DNA from: Acanthaster planci | Lineage: Eukaryota | Direction: 5' to 3' | DNA length: 64,000 nt | Assembly (NCBI RefSeq): GCF_001949145.1 | Contig: NW_019091357.1 | Location: 3,682,228-3,746,227 of the forward strand | Shown: positions 14,240 through 26,200 of the stretch, in pieces | Position numbering within the stretch: position 1 is the first letter of the stretch | Layout of the letters: each line of letters starts with the position of its first letter | Position numbers and translations under genes: made by a program | Notes under the pieces: generated by a model | What the model saw: only the letters and a program-made list of their open reading frames with translations | Database searches by the model: none | What the model was told of the DNA's origin: nothing

Positions 14240-17200
14240 CTACCTCTTAATCTGAAATAAAAATAAAAAAGAAAAAAAAGGTCAGGAACACTCGTTAAAA
14301 CAAACTGTCATTGCAAATAGTAGGCAGAAAGATCAAATTTGAAATCAACTGGACAGACTGATCCTACAAGAAACATCTCTAGTAGAGAGTGTTTAGGTGG
14401 TATCTCAAATGTCAGATGAGAAGGCTGCTTGTTACCAATTGGGAACACCTGCTGTTCCCGGATGGGAACAGTGATCTATGGGTGTGCATGCGAACTTAAG
14501 ACCTGCGTGCTCCTAAATGAGAATACAGCAAATTCCTACCAGGAATGTTCAGTGGTCCACAAGGGAGCATCCCATCTGTATAAACAGGAAATCTGCTGAC
14601 ATTTTCGAGGCATTTCCCTTAGAAGTCATCTCAAAATTTGTCCGGGAAAAGTTGCAGACGCTGTTGAGGGTTGAGTTGCAGGATTCTATATCTTGTCCGC
14701 AATCTTCCGGCAATGAATCGATTAGTTTGTTTACATAATGTCCTACTTCTGGGGTTTGAAGCAAGGCTGGGCACTCAAGGACACGCTGTGTCTACTGCAC
14801 TGGCAGTAAACATTGTAATAGCACGACTTATACAGAGCCACCTGTTCTCTGCACTGAGGCCAAATATAAACAGCCATTCACTTGTCCGGGACGAATGCAG
14901 GCCTTCTTGTGCGTGAAGTCAATGTTGCCACCCGCAATTTGTCCCGGACGAGTTTTGACATGGTCCCTTACCTCTGTGACGACTCCAGCACCGATTGTTG
15001 ACCCGCTGTAGCGCAGCATGAACCTGCCCAGGTCCTTGCAGTCGCGGTACAGCTCCAGACACACTGGCCGGCTGGTCTCAATGTCTATGATGGCGTTGCT
15101 TTGCTTCGTTAGACACCTGTGGATAAAACAAGGTAAATGAGGAAGACCGCAATAACACTATACCACACATACAAACTCTTACATGGTCAGCATTACAGAA
15201 AAGCAAAGTGTTTGGATGATATCACTTAAAAGCAACATGAGGTTAAGGAGACCATCCCATGTCTTATAAAGCCAAGTCATGGGAGAAAGTTTTCACTAGC
15301 GATTTGGAGGCAACCACATTCAAATGCATTACCCTGACAGTCAATGAAATTCTTCCAAAAATCATAACTTTATTGTTTGACATGTTCTTCCCAAAATGAA
15401 GCAAGATGCTACTCCACACTTCCTTTTTCAAAACTTCTAAAAGAGTCACTTTGGTTATTTAAAACACATTAATAAGCACCTTCAGATTTATAAAAATGAT
15501 TATTTGGGGATAATGAGGCGTACTGTGTACATTTTGTGGACATTTGGTTGGTTACCAGTGTAAATAAAAGAGGTTGAACTCATTCAACATTTTAAGTGAA
15601 AGTGTTTGTACAAGATGACTTGATTTCAAATTTTCTCTCAACAAAGAAAACTCAGTATATTTTGTAACAGATGTAATTTGAAGCCCCTCAGAAAGACTTT
15701 TAAAAAAAATTCGTCATGAATAAATTGCAAAACTGACAGAAAATGATGAGAAAGATTTGGCTCTCTTCATTCCTTTACCGTTTAAAATCCCTTGGTGTTT
15801 GATCTCTTCCTACCTCACATCCCTTTGCTGCTCAACCGTACCTTTTACACAGGCCCCTTTACCCCTTGCCCTTTAATCCAGCCATCAGCTTTTTCACCCC
15901 TTCCTTTTATCCTTCTGCATTCGTCCATGCTTGGTTGATTCCCCGCTTGCTTGTTTGTTTCTGTTGACTTGTCATTTTGCCTTTGAGAGAGATTCTTCTA
16001 GAATTGAAACGTCAGGCCCTCCTACTTTTGCGATTTGTATTTGAGGTCACTGTAGCCAGCACGCAGTTTGCAGCTGGTTTTGTATCATATAAAATCACTC
16101 TCACTGTACCAGCACATCTGCCAGGTCTCATACCTTTTCAACCACCGCAAATAATCTTTCAAGTTGGCTGCATCGAAAAATATTTGAGTACATGTTCGTT
16201 GTGAACGTTATATTTGATGAAATTTTGATGATGCTTGAGAATTTCGATGGACGATGCATGATCTTCAACAATACCAAAAACGCAGTCACTTGCAGTGCTT
16301 GAAAACTCCATGCCAAATGTTCATTTTACTATTAGTTTTGGACATATACCTGCTCAAAATGAAAACAAAATTAAAACTAAAGAGAAATTTAATTTTCATC
16401 AAGAGATGAGAAATGTCAGTACGGAGAGAAAAATGCTGGAACGTTGCATTTCCATGGAGGGGCTCATGAATATCGAATGACGGACAAGGTGCACTACCTG
16501 GGCTGATGTAAAGGGTCAAACAGCCCATGATGCAGCAAAACCTTTCTGCAATGCCATCGTGAATTAATGATAGTGGCCACGAAATCAAAACGATCATTAT
16601 TTTGGACCATGGTTTAAAGAAACATGCTTGAACAAAATGTTCAAGTCATAAAAAGACGATGATTTGGAGTCCTTTCTTAAAATATTTGTTCTAAAGCTCG
16701 TGCTGTGTACCATTTTTGATTTTACTCGCTGGTTTTTAGTGGTCAGGTTTTTTGATGGAATCAAATGACGTTTGCAACTGCCAACTTCGGAACCCAATAA
16801 TTTCTGAGACATTTTTAATTTCGTGATTATGGTTCGAATATACGGTATGTAAGTATTATCATCTTTCACCAAATACAAATCTGTTTGAAATTGCCACGGG
16901 AATTATTACTTGAATTTACTTCCACATAATTTCCTGGTAGCTGGGGCTTATAGGCTCTTCATGTCCATCAACTCTGATCATGATGAATGACGGGTGCAGT
17001 CATCGGTGTTCCAGATATCAGTGTTCCTTTTGTCATCGGATATTGTGAACTAATTCAGTGCTGTTCACTTCAGGAAAAATGAACCCCTGAAGTTCATTGT
17101 TATATGATGGCTCATATTTTGGAGAACTTGTCGTTTGCCTCTTGTTTTATAAGATGCTGCCGAGAACCAGTTGCCTTTACATTGACACAACATTATGACT

Positions 17201-20200
17201 GGGTTTCTAGTTTAAAGCTAGTCCTACAGCTGTTTAGCATTTCATAGGATTCATGTAGTTTCTATTTAACACAAACAATTTAAAGGCTGACGTTGTCCAG
17301 CAAACAGACACTTACTTTGGCCTCTTCTGTAGGACCTCCCCGGTACTCTTGTGTAGAGTACTAACCAATTTACAGATGACGGCTGGTTCACTGACAGTCT
17401 GATAGTGCAGTAAAACCTATGCAAACAAAAATAGAAGACAGAGCTCGTTTCTGCATCAATATATGAAGTAGTCTCACAAACAGCAGTTGCTGGTCTCATC
17501 CGACTGAAGCATCTTTGAATGGAAGTTCCGATCACAATTTGGACTTACCGGGAAACCTTTGGTGACGGGCACGTCCAAGTTGAACATGATGACTCTGGCC
17601 CTAAAGCGACTGGCCACTGGGATGGGATGGTCGATGCTGCACACGACGCTGCCGACACTGTGAAAGGACCAAGCCATAAGGGTCATGTTCAGGAAAAGAT
17701 CTACTTACAGGGGAGTTTCCCAAACCAATGTCGTCTCTCCAGCTTCAAACACAGCTCCCTACAGGTTCCCTATGTTGAAGCTCTTCCGAATCAGTGCATT
17801 TCTTTCTTTCTGCTGCTGCTGCGTAAATATCAGCTGTCTCAGGCACGGCCAAAGCTCACATTTTCAGTCTATTTGAATACTAAACATTTGAAACTGAGTT
17901 TAGAGCCAAGAAGAAGCCAGAGTCGGAGACATCTGACATATGCAAAATGGATGCAAGTAACAGTACACTCTGTGTTGGCAAGGACACTCAAAAAGAGTTA
18001 CCCAATTGGGACTCAACTTCAAGACAGGGGCAAGAGTTTTACTCGGAGTCGATGGTCTCTACTTCAAACTCACCCAATGTTGACTTGGTCGATACTAGTT
18101 ACCACCACAGTTGCATAGTCTCCTGCACAGGCCCATCTTGACTCTTCGTCATGGATGTAAACACCTACCAAAGGGAAATGTTGCAAAAATTTACAAGTCG
18201 AAAACATGCAATGCATAAGTTTCTTGGCATACAGAGGTGTTTTTGGCGTTGAACTGGACCAAAAGAGAAAGGCTGATTTTCACATCAGTAACACTAAAAC
18301 ACATTTCTTTTTTCAGTACAGTGATGAAAAAAAAAAAACCAAAATATGAATAAAATTCTCAAATGAGCCAGAACTTGCGCCTGGTCTTACATCTTGTCTG
18401 GCACCTTACCTCGTACTTGGCCCGTCTCCCCTGCTGGCATGATGACCACGCGGTCACCGACCTGCACGCCCCCTGACTCAATCTTGCCAGCTATGCTGAT
18501 GCCTGCCCCAATACCTTCAGAAGGGGGGGAAAAATCACACCTAAAATTCACTCTGGTGTCTAAATCTCACTTCAAATGTCCCTACAGTACAAATGTAGTT
18601 TTTAACTTCAGTGAAACTTCAGTGTTTATATTTAATTGTCTTGTTTTTTGTTAATCTCTAATTCACCTGCACATCCCTGGTACAACTAACACATTATCAT
18701 TGAACGCAGGACTACTCTTCGGCCACAAAAACTCCCCATATTATCAGTAATGTTTTAGAGCCATTTCCATCCAGATGATCTGTTGGTTAATAGTGCTGTA
18801 AGTAGGTGCCAAGGTTCAGTTTGGGTTCAGTTCGGACATGCACACGCATGTACCTACATTTGATATACACATTGAGACAACGAAGAGCTTGCTACGAACG
18901 TGCCGTATATGGAACTTCCGTGTATATAATACGTCAATAAAAGTAACAAATCTCTTCTCCATTCCCATCCCCGAGCAACTGACATAATTTTTTTTCGAAA
19001 CTGTTTCCCCAAAATTTGTTTAGGAGTTAAAATTCCATATAAAGTTACTGTCGGAGGTGTGACAGTTTCTGACTGTGTTTTTCTGACCAAAACGGTTGTA
19101 TTTGGACCATACTTGACTCAACAAAACGATTGCAGGATATTTGAAAACAGAAAAAACAGCACACTCAAATAAGAGTTTCCTCCTTTACAGAACACAAGAG
19201 CAAATTAGATTTTGTGTTATGGTTATTTTTCACGAAACAGATTCAACTACCAAACTATGGCTTTCAATGTATTCGAAAAAGAACCTTGGTATCATGTCAG
19301 CATTGTTTCCCAGGGCAGTGCCCACGTGTCCCATTAGTCTTTTTCAAACGGATAACAGGTTTTGTTATTTGAGATTTGCAAACAACTCAGAGATCTGGCA
19401 AAATTCCATTACAACGTATTCACACTCCAGCTTTGATCAAACATGATCAAACAAAAGGCAAGCTAGGCCACCGCATGAACCAAATCTTGTCGCGTACTGG
19501 AGCACTGCACCGGCCCGCCTGGCAAAAACAATTTTCCCTCTAGAGTTGCCTTCGATTGAGCATGAGTCCGACTGTGATCAGCATCCAATCGAAATTCATT
19601 GTGCACGGCCATTTATGACATCATGGCCTCATATGGAATGTAAGGGTGTGGCTAACTGAAATTGGAAAACATAATGCTAAATCTGAATATACATAAGCAC
19701 AATTGGATGTAGTGAGAATTTAGAATTGTTGTGCAGCAGAAATTCTGTACGTTGCATGTTCTCCGTTGATTATTAGTGAATTCCCACCATGTGCTTTTTA
19801 CAACCATTGCGTGATGCAGGGCCATCGTAAATTTACCACAGATGTATACAGTACATATACATTTACAGTACATGCGCACACGTACATGTGCCTGAGCGCC
19901 AGTGCGGCATAATTTGTTATCCATTTTTGTTGTGTTTGGTTTTTTATTAAGTTTCCTTTTGTCCATTCGTGTGCTATCAATGCTATTTAATTGAAGCCGA
20001 ACATCCGAACCGACCAGTTTTGTTTGGTTCGGTAGAGCCATGTTTGATGATTTTTGGTTTGGTTCGGCAGTTTGGCTGCAGCACTATCTGTTGTGCAACA
20101 AAAAAACTGTTGCTTGTGGGGCTTAAAACTATGTCAAATGGCAGCCTTGTTCTCGCCCTTCAAAGATAGCCATCAGTGTTGTAGTTGAGACCATCACAAG

Positions 20201-23200
20201 GCCACGCACAAGACCAGTCACAAGCAACAGGGTGAACAATGAAAAAGAAATGCTTTTGTTGCAGTTCATTTGAATAAAGGTGGCTTGACTTGAGACTAGA
20301 GGTTTTGTGTTGGTCTTGTGTGGGCTTGTGAAGGTCTCAAGTGGTCTCAGCTACAACACTGTAAACCATTACGGAAAAAGACAGTGCATAGGATATCATT
20401 TAAAGTCCATTATTAAATTGACGGTTGTCTCTGAATGGTTTAATGAATGAAGTGATATGCTGAATTGTGCAAACTGAAAAGCGACATTTAATGATGTTGG
20501 CCTGTACTTGCCTTGAGCAGAAGCGTCCCTCACTGGTTTAAAAGAGCTGTGTTAGTGGGGAGTGTTCATTTTGTTGGAAACAGTGTGACTGTAACATGTA
20601 CATTTCATAGTCGTTTGCGAACCGGCACAGTGAACATTGCTACAGAAATTTTACTTTCTCTTGGTTCAGCACAGGGCCCATAAAAAGACTGTTTTCTATG
20701 CCCAGAAAACTCAACTATGCATTCTAAAAATAGCAACGTGACTGCTGCAACCAATGAGCTTACCCTTGAAAACATCAGAAACACACTGTCTGAAGGCCTT
20801 TTCAATGGGTCTTTTAGGAGCTTTCAAGCTATCTGAAATTAAACCAAATAAAGAAGCAAATGCATTTTATATTCAAATCTCAATGTTTTGTTCTTTATGA
20901 TGAAGAATTTCTCCAGTTGGGCGTAGATGCAACAATATGGATGGTGTGCATATAAACAATCGTTTCTCCAAACTGTAGGAGCGGTGAGCCATGAATGTCT
21001 CTTCGTCCGTTGTTCTATCTGTTTGTCTTCATGGCCTACTGTTACAGCCTTACCTATCCTCTCCACCAGTGATGGACCTTTGTACCATTTAGTGAGTGCT
21101 GGTTCTGTGGCCCTGTCTTTTAGGTTTTCTCCCGTCAGTCCACTGCAGGGGATGTACTGAACCTCAGATTCCTGCCAAGATCAGAGATGGGGCTCCCTTT
21201 TCTTTAAAAGATGCAGCATTCTTGGAAAATCACATGATAAGATGGATTGTGTGCAAGTACGCCCCCAAGGATTGGGAAAAATGACCTGTTAATAAGCCAT
21301 TGCAATGCTATGGCTGCTGTACATCAACATTTAGGTGCATTCCTCTACTATGACTATGAACTTGTACTCATTCCAGTGAAAATTGATAATGTGCACTTTG
21401 CACCATGCACACCCAAACAAGTACACACACAGTGGCAAGAACCAGAATGTGTGTTCTTGGTAGTAGGTTACAAACCCAATCTACAAGCAATCTTACATGA
21501 GTGCAGACAACTGCTTATTACAGTCAGTTCAATGTGAATGTAAGTATACTTTGCTGAATCAAACACCTGGTCAGGAGATGGGACGGAGTAAGGGGGGGGG
21601 GAAACCCTCCCACCATATGTTTCCTGGTGTCTGTTGCCCTCACCTTGAAGCCGGCCTGCTTAAGGAAGTGCCCCAGCTTGCCCACGATCTCGCTGAAGCG
21701 CTCCTCGGCCCAGCCCACCGTGTCCAGCTTGTTGATGGCCACAGCCAGCTGGGTGACCCCCAGCGACCGGACCAGCAGAGCGTGCTCCCTCGTCTGGCCA
21801 CCCGCATCAAAGCCGGTCTCAAATTCTCCCCGAGTGGCATCCACTACCATAATAGCCACGTCCGCCTGTCCAGAAAGATTTGTCCGGAATAAGCTTATTC
21901 AGTAGTCCAACAGAATACGCACAAAATGCATCGAATCACAATTGACTGGGTATGATACATGAAAATACCAGAACAGTGCCCATGCTGTCTATTTACGCTA
22001 AAGCCATGGAAGAGACTGAGTATCCTACACACAAAAAAAGTCGGAACAAAAGCCGATGGTGTTCATGTGTGTCTTACCTGTGCAGCTCCGGTGATCATGT
22101 TCGGAATGAAGTCTTTGTGTCCTGGTGCATCTAGGAGTGTTACTATTCTGTTTGAAGTCTCAAAATTGGTTAAGCCTACATCCATGGTGATTCCCCTTGG
22201 GAGAAAAAAGAAAGTTGGAAGAAATGCATCCAATCATCTTTTCTGTAAGATTTCCAGACCTGGAACATGCAAGGACTGTTGATTGTGCCTTTTCAAAATG
22301 TGTCGATAGCTGCAGTAGTCTTAAAGTAAAGAGAACACTTCAATATTTACAAAGGGGGGAGACTGGTGGAGACTAAACAATCCATATCAAGTACCAGATG
22401 TTTCACGGGCCCCACAGCTATGACATACATTTGTGTGTGCGCCTTAAGGTACGCCTTTGAATACCCATTTCTTGTGTTCTATATCAATTTTTATTTGTAA
22501 AAACACTTCGGTCAACTCAAAATTTTCCTTATCTTAAAAAAGAGATTGTTTGAAACATCCTGATGAAAAAATCCTTAGAAATATCACCCATAATTTGTAT
22601 TTAAGTTGATCCCCAACCAATGGCTCCCATTCTACTTCGATGAGAGTGAATGAATATATCTGATATCCACCTCTGTCTCTCCTCCCCAGTCTCATCCAGC
22701 ACCCAGGCGTAGGCAAAGGATGCCTTGCCCAACTTCTTGGATTCTTGCTCGTACTTGTGCATCTGCCGCTGGTTCACCTAAGGGAGGGAATGGGAGACCC
22801 CAACAGGTCAGAGGCTAGCCAGCTGTCCCACGCAATGTGCATGAAAACACTTACTAACTACTTGAACTGAGACTAACCATGACAAAAGGTAAAAGATGCC
22901 ATTCCATGATTAATTACCAAATGTACCTGTCCAAGAAGATAGAGAAGGTGCCCCATCAATGTTGACTTGCCGGCATCTACGTGTCCAATCACCACCAAAT
23001 TTATGAGTTGTTTTCCTTCCTGTCGTTTGGAGTATTCTTTAGATATATCAATATTCTGTTAAGAGGAGACAACAATTTCAACATTGTCAAGATCATTTTG
23101 AAGTCTTGGATGTTCAGAAGGCTGATAGCCATTTTTTTACGCTGTAAAATCACTAGCTCCACTCCCTGTTTAGGATAATGAAGCACATGCAATATAAGTC

Positions 23201-26200
23201 ATAAAGTTTATTGGGTTTGAAAAATTTTCATCTTTAGCTGTGACTCTGAATTTCATCTTCATAGATTTCCTTGAGTTTACATATTCTGGTTAAACACAGC
23301 CCATTTTCTGCTCCAAAAATATCATACTTGTCTGAAATGAAGCCAAACATTCAGGATAGAATATTTTCACTGGTTTCAGCAATACTTGTTTAAAGATGAA
23401 TCTGATAAGCCTGAAAGAAAGTACTTGTCGGAACCGAGCCAGGATTGGGCAAATGGCTGAGCATGTGCAAGGTTATGAGTTGTGCACATGTCTACGCTGC
23501 AACTATGCAGCAAACTACACACAGAGCTGGTATTGTATGTGGTAGCACCAAAGGATCGGTTGACTCACTCTTAGCACTTACCCCAGCTTTGGAGGTCTTG
23601 GACTCTCTCCGTGTCGAGGGCTGGGCTCCGGGCAGCGCTGGTGCTGGTGATCCAGCCATGCTGGTCAAGTCCGGGGCACTCATCACTGTTGGAAGCTTAC
23701 CTTTAGACTCACTGAAGTAAAGAAAAACGAACATGAGGAAAATGCAAAGTAATTGGAAACAAACAAGTAGTGCACATGAAGATGAAATCTAAAAGGAGAG
23801 AGGAAAACAGATACAATGCAAATATGGTGTCTTTGGAAGGAAAGAAATGTGCGTGTCCAAAGTTCCACTGAACACTCGAGCACATTCATTTTCAGCATCC
23901 AGAATCAAGGAAAGACCAGATCAGAAAGTTGAAGCATTGAAGTGTACACTTTGTGGTTGCCAAATTTTGCACTATGAGATTACAGTACCCAAGGCAAAAC
24001 CTTTTAGCACCACATTGTTACACAGCAGCCCCCATTGGTTGTTCTGCAGTAACACTGTGACAACAGCTGCATTCTCTCTTCTACAAAGCTAAAATGTAGT
24101 TGACCACTTTTGTCTCAGTACTCAGGTTTCATAGTTCACGGGGTTCTGATACACTGTCTGGACAGCGTTTGTTCCTGGTACACTTACAAATGTAAATAAG
24201 CCTCTTGTGAGTTAAATTTGAATTTAAATCTGGTACACTGAGTTCTGTAAATTCACACAAACATAACCAACTTGAATTCCCAGACTAATGACACTGTTAC
24301 TATACTTTTTGATTTGGGGAAATGACCACCATCTCTGTAATGGAATTGTTCCCTGGTGCTAATCTCACCAATTGAAAACAGTGTATTGTTACAAGGCATT
24401 TCTAATGTAACTAAGGAAAAGCTTGCCCTGAATTATGAGGTACCGGTATATCAAGAATGTCTTTAAGTACGGAGAATTCAACTTATGTTCATGTGAATTT
24501 AAAGAACCAGTGTGACACATTGTACTCTAATTTACCTTGCGAAAGGTTTACTTGTGCATGAAATGGCACACTGTACACAGTCAACTTCATGTACATGTAG
24601 CTTGTAATAAAATGGGCAACAAAGTTATGGAAGAAATGGACCTTTCCCATAAACATGATGAAATATGCAAATAAGGCAAGTGCATGCGCATGACTACATG
24701 TACCACTGGCTGGCAAAATTGCTTACATCTACGACNNNNNNNNNNNNNNNNNNNNNNNNNNNNNNNNNNNNNNNNNNNNNNNNNNNNNNNNNNNNNNNNN
24801 NNNNNNNNNNNNNNNNNNNNNNNNNNNNNNNNNNNNNNNNNNNNNNNNNNNNNNNNNNNNNNNNNNNNNNNNNNNNNNNNNNNNNNNNNNNNNNNNNNNN
24901 NNNNNNNNNNNNNNNNNNNNNNNNNNNNNNNNNNNNNNNNNNNNNNNNNNNNNNNNNNNNNNNNNNNNNNNNNNNNNNNNNNNNNNNNNNNNNNNNNNNN
25001 NNNNNNNNNNNNNNNNNNNNNNNNNNNNNNNNNNNNNNNNNNNNNNNNNNNNNNNNNNNNNNNNNNNNNNNNNNNNNNNNNNNNNNNNNNNNNNNNNNNN
25101 NNNNNNNNNNNNNNNNNNNNNNNNNNNNNNNNNNNNNNNNNNNNNNNNNNNNNNNNNNNNNNNNNNNNNNNNNNNNNNNNNNNNNNNNNNNNNNNNNNNN
25201 NNNNNNNNNNNNNNNNNNNNNNNNNNNNNNNNNNNNNNNNNNNNNNNNNNNNNNNNNNNNNNNNNNNNNNNNNNNNNNNNNNNNNNNNNNNNNNNNNNAA
25301 CAACACAAATCTCCATGTGCGTGTCACTATCGCTATTTCTGTGCTAGTGTAGTTTGACATGAGTGCCAAATTTAAAGACAAGGAATTGTTACTTTCCAAC
25401 CTCAGGACACTAGAAACTTCACTTTGTAGTTTCGAGAATAAAGTACTCAAGTATCGGGCAAAGGCCGTATTATGGTTTTGATTGACCTTCAACCCTCCAG
25501 GTTATGGTTACTAGCAGCTCGCCTACACTGCCATAAGAGTTGACGGCTACGTTTGCTAACTAGTGGAAGTGGCGTGCATGCGCCCATCTAATTTGCACAT
25601 TTCATGGGAAAGGTCCATTCCTTGGCCTAGGGCAGAACTCTGCAGAACAATAAAGGGATTGACTGAATTTTTGCTAATTGTGGTGGAATCAACTCCTAGA
25701 CATGAAGCTTGTCTTGGTATGTCACTATAGTACTACACAATGAAGTGCGAATCTACACTGAGGGAGTAAAGAAGAAATATCAAGTTTAAACAAAACCTTG
25801 TTTCCAATGATATTTTAAAAGCTTTTTCATGATACAGTATAGTTATGAATACACAAAATGATAACCAATTTTAAAATATTTTAGTTCACTGTATTGCATC
25901 ACAGTTGTGATTTAAATGTTTTCAACTTAACCCCCCATAAAACAGATCAGAATTTAAAGAGGTTACCTTCTCAGATTGCTGTCAGGCATGCCATCCAGGA
26001 ATTCTCCCCCCAGCTTGGTTCTGCTGGCCGCGCTCTTCCTCCGCTTGTCCCCACTCTTGGCTGGAACGGGACCCAGTTCAAATCCCCTCTTGGCCTCCTT
26101 GGATGGCATGCTGAGTTTGGCAACCTCCTGGGCGACGGCCGACACTGCGGTGTCGTTGGCGGCCATCGCCGTGGCGGCGGCAACTGGCACCATATGCTTC

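Noticed and set aside
16979..17090. Possible C/D-box snoRNA (atgatga...ctga)
   Set aside because: It is antisense to the host HBS1L intron, with no convincing terminal stem or rRNA guide recognised.
17519..18118. 199-aa plus-strand ORF
   Set aside because: It is antisense to HBS1L exons and introns and has no recognisable domain.
18791..20085. Possible hAT-like element (tagtgctg...cagcacta) with ccgaa-type subterminal motifs
   Set aside because: The TIR is only 8 bp and there is no TSD, so the boundaries cannot be supported.
24587..25492. Long ORFs of 200-300 aa, here and at 38359-39205
   Set aside because: They are artefacts of N gaps and the 42-bp repeat.
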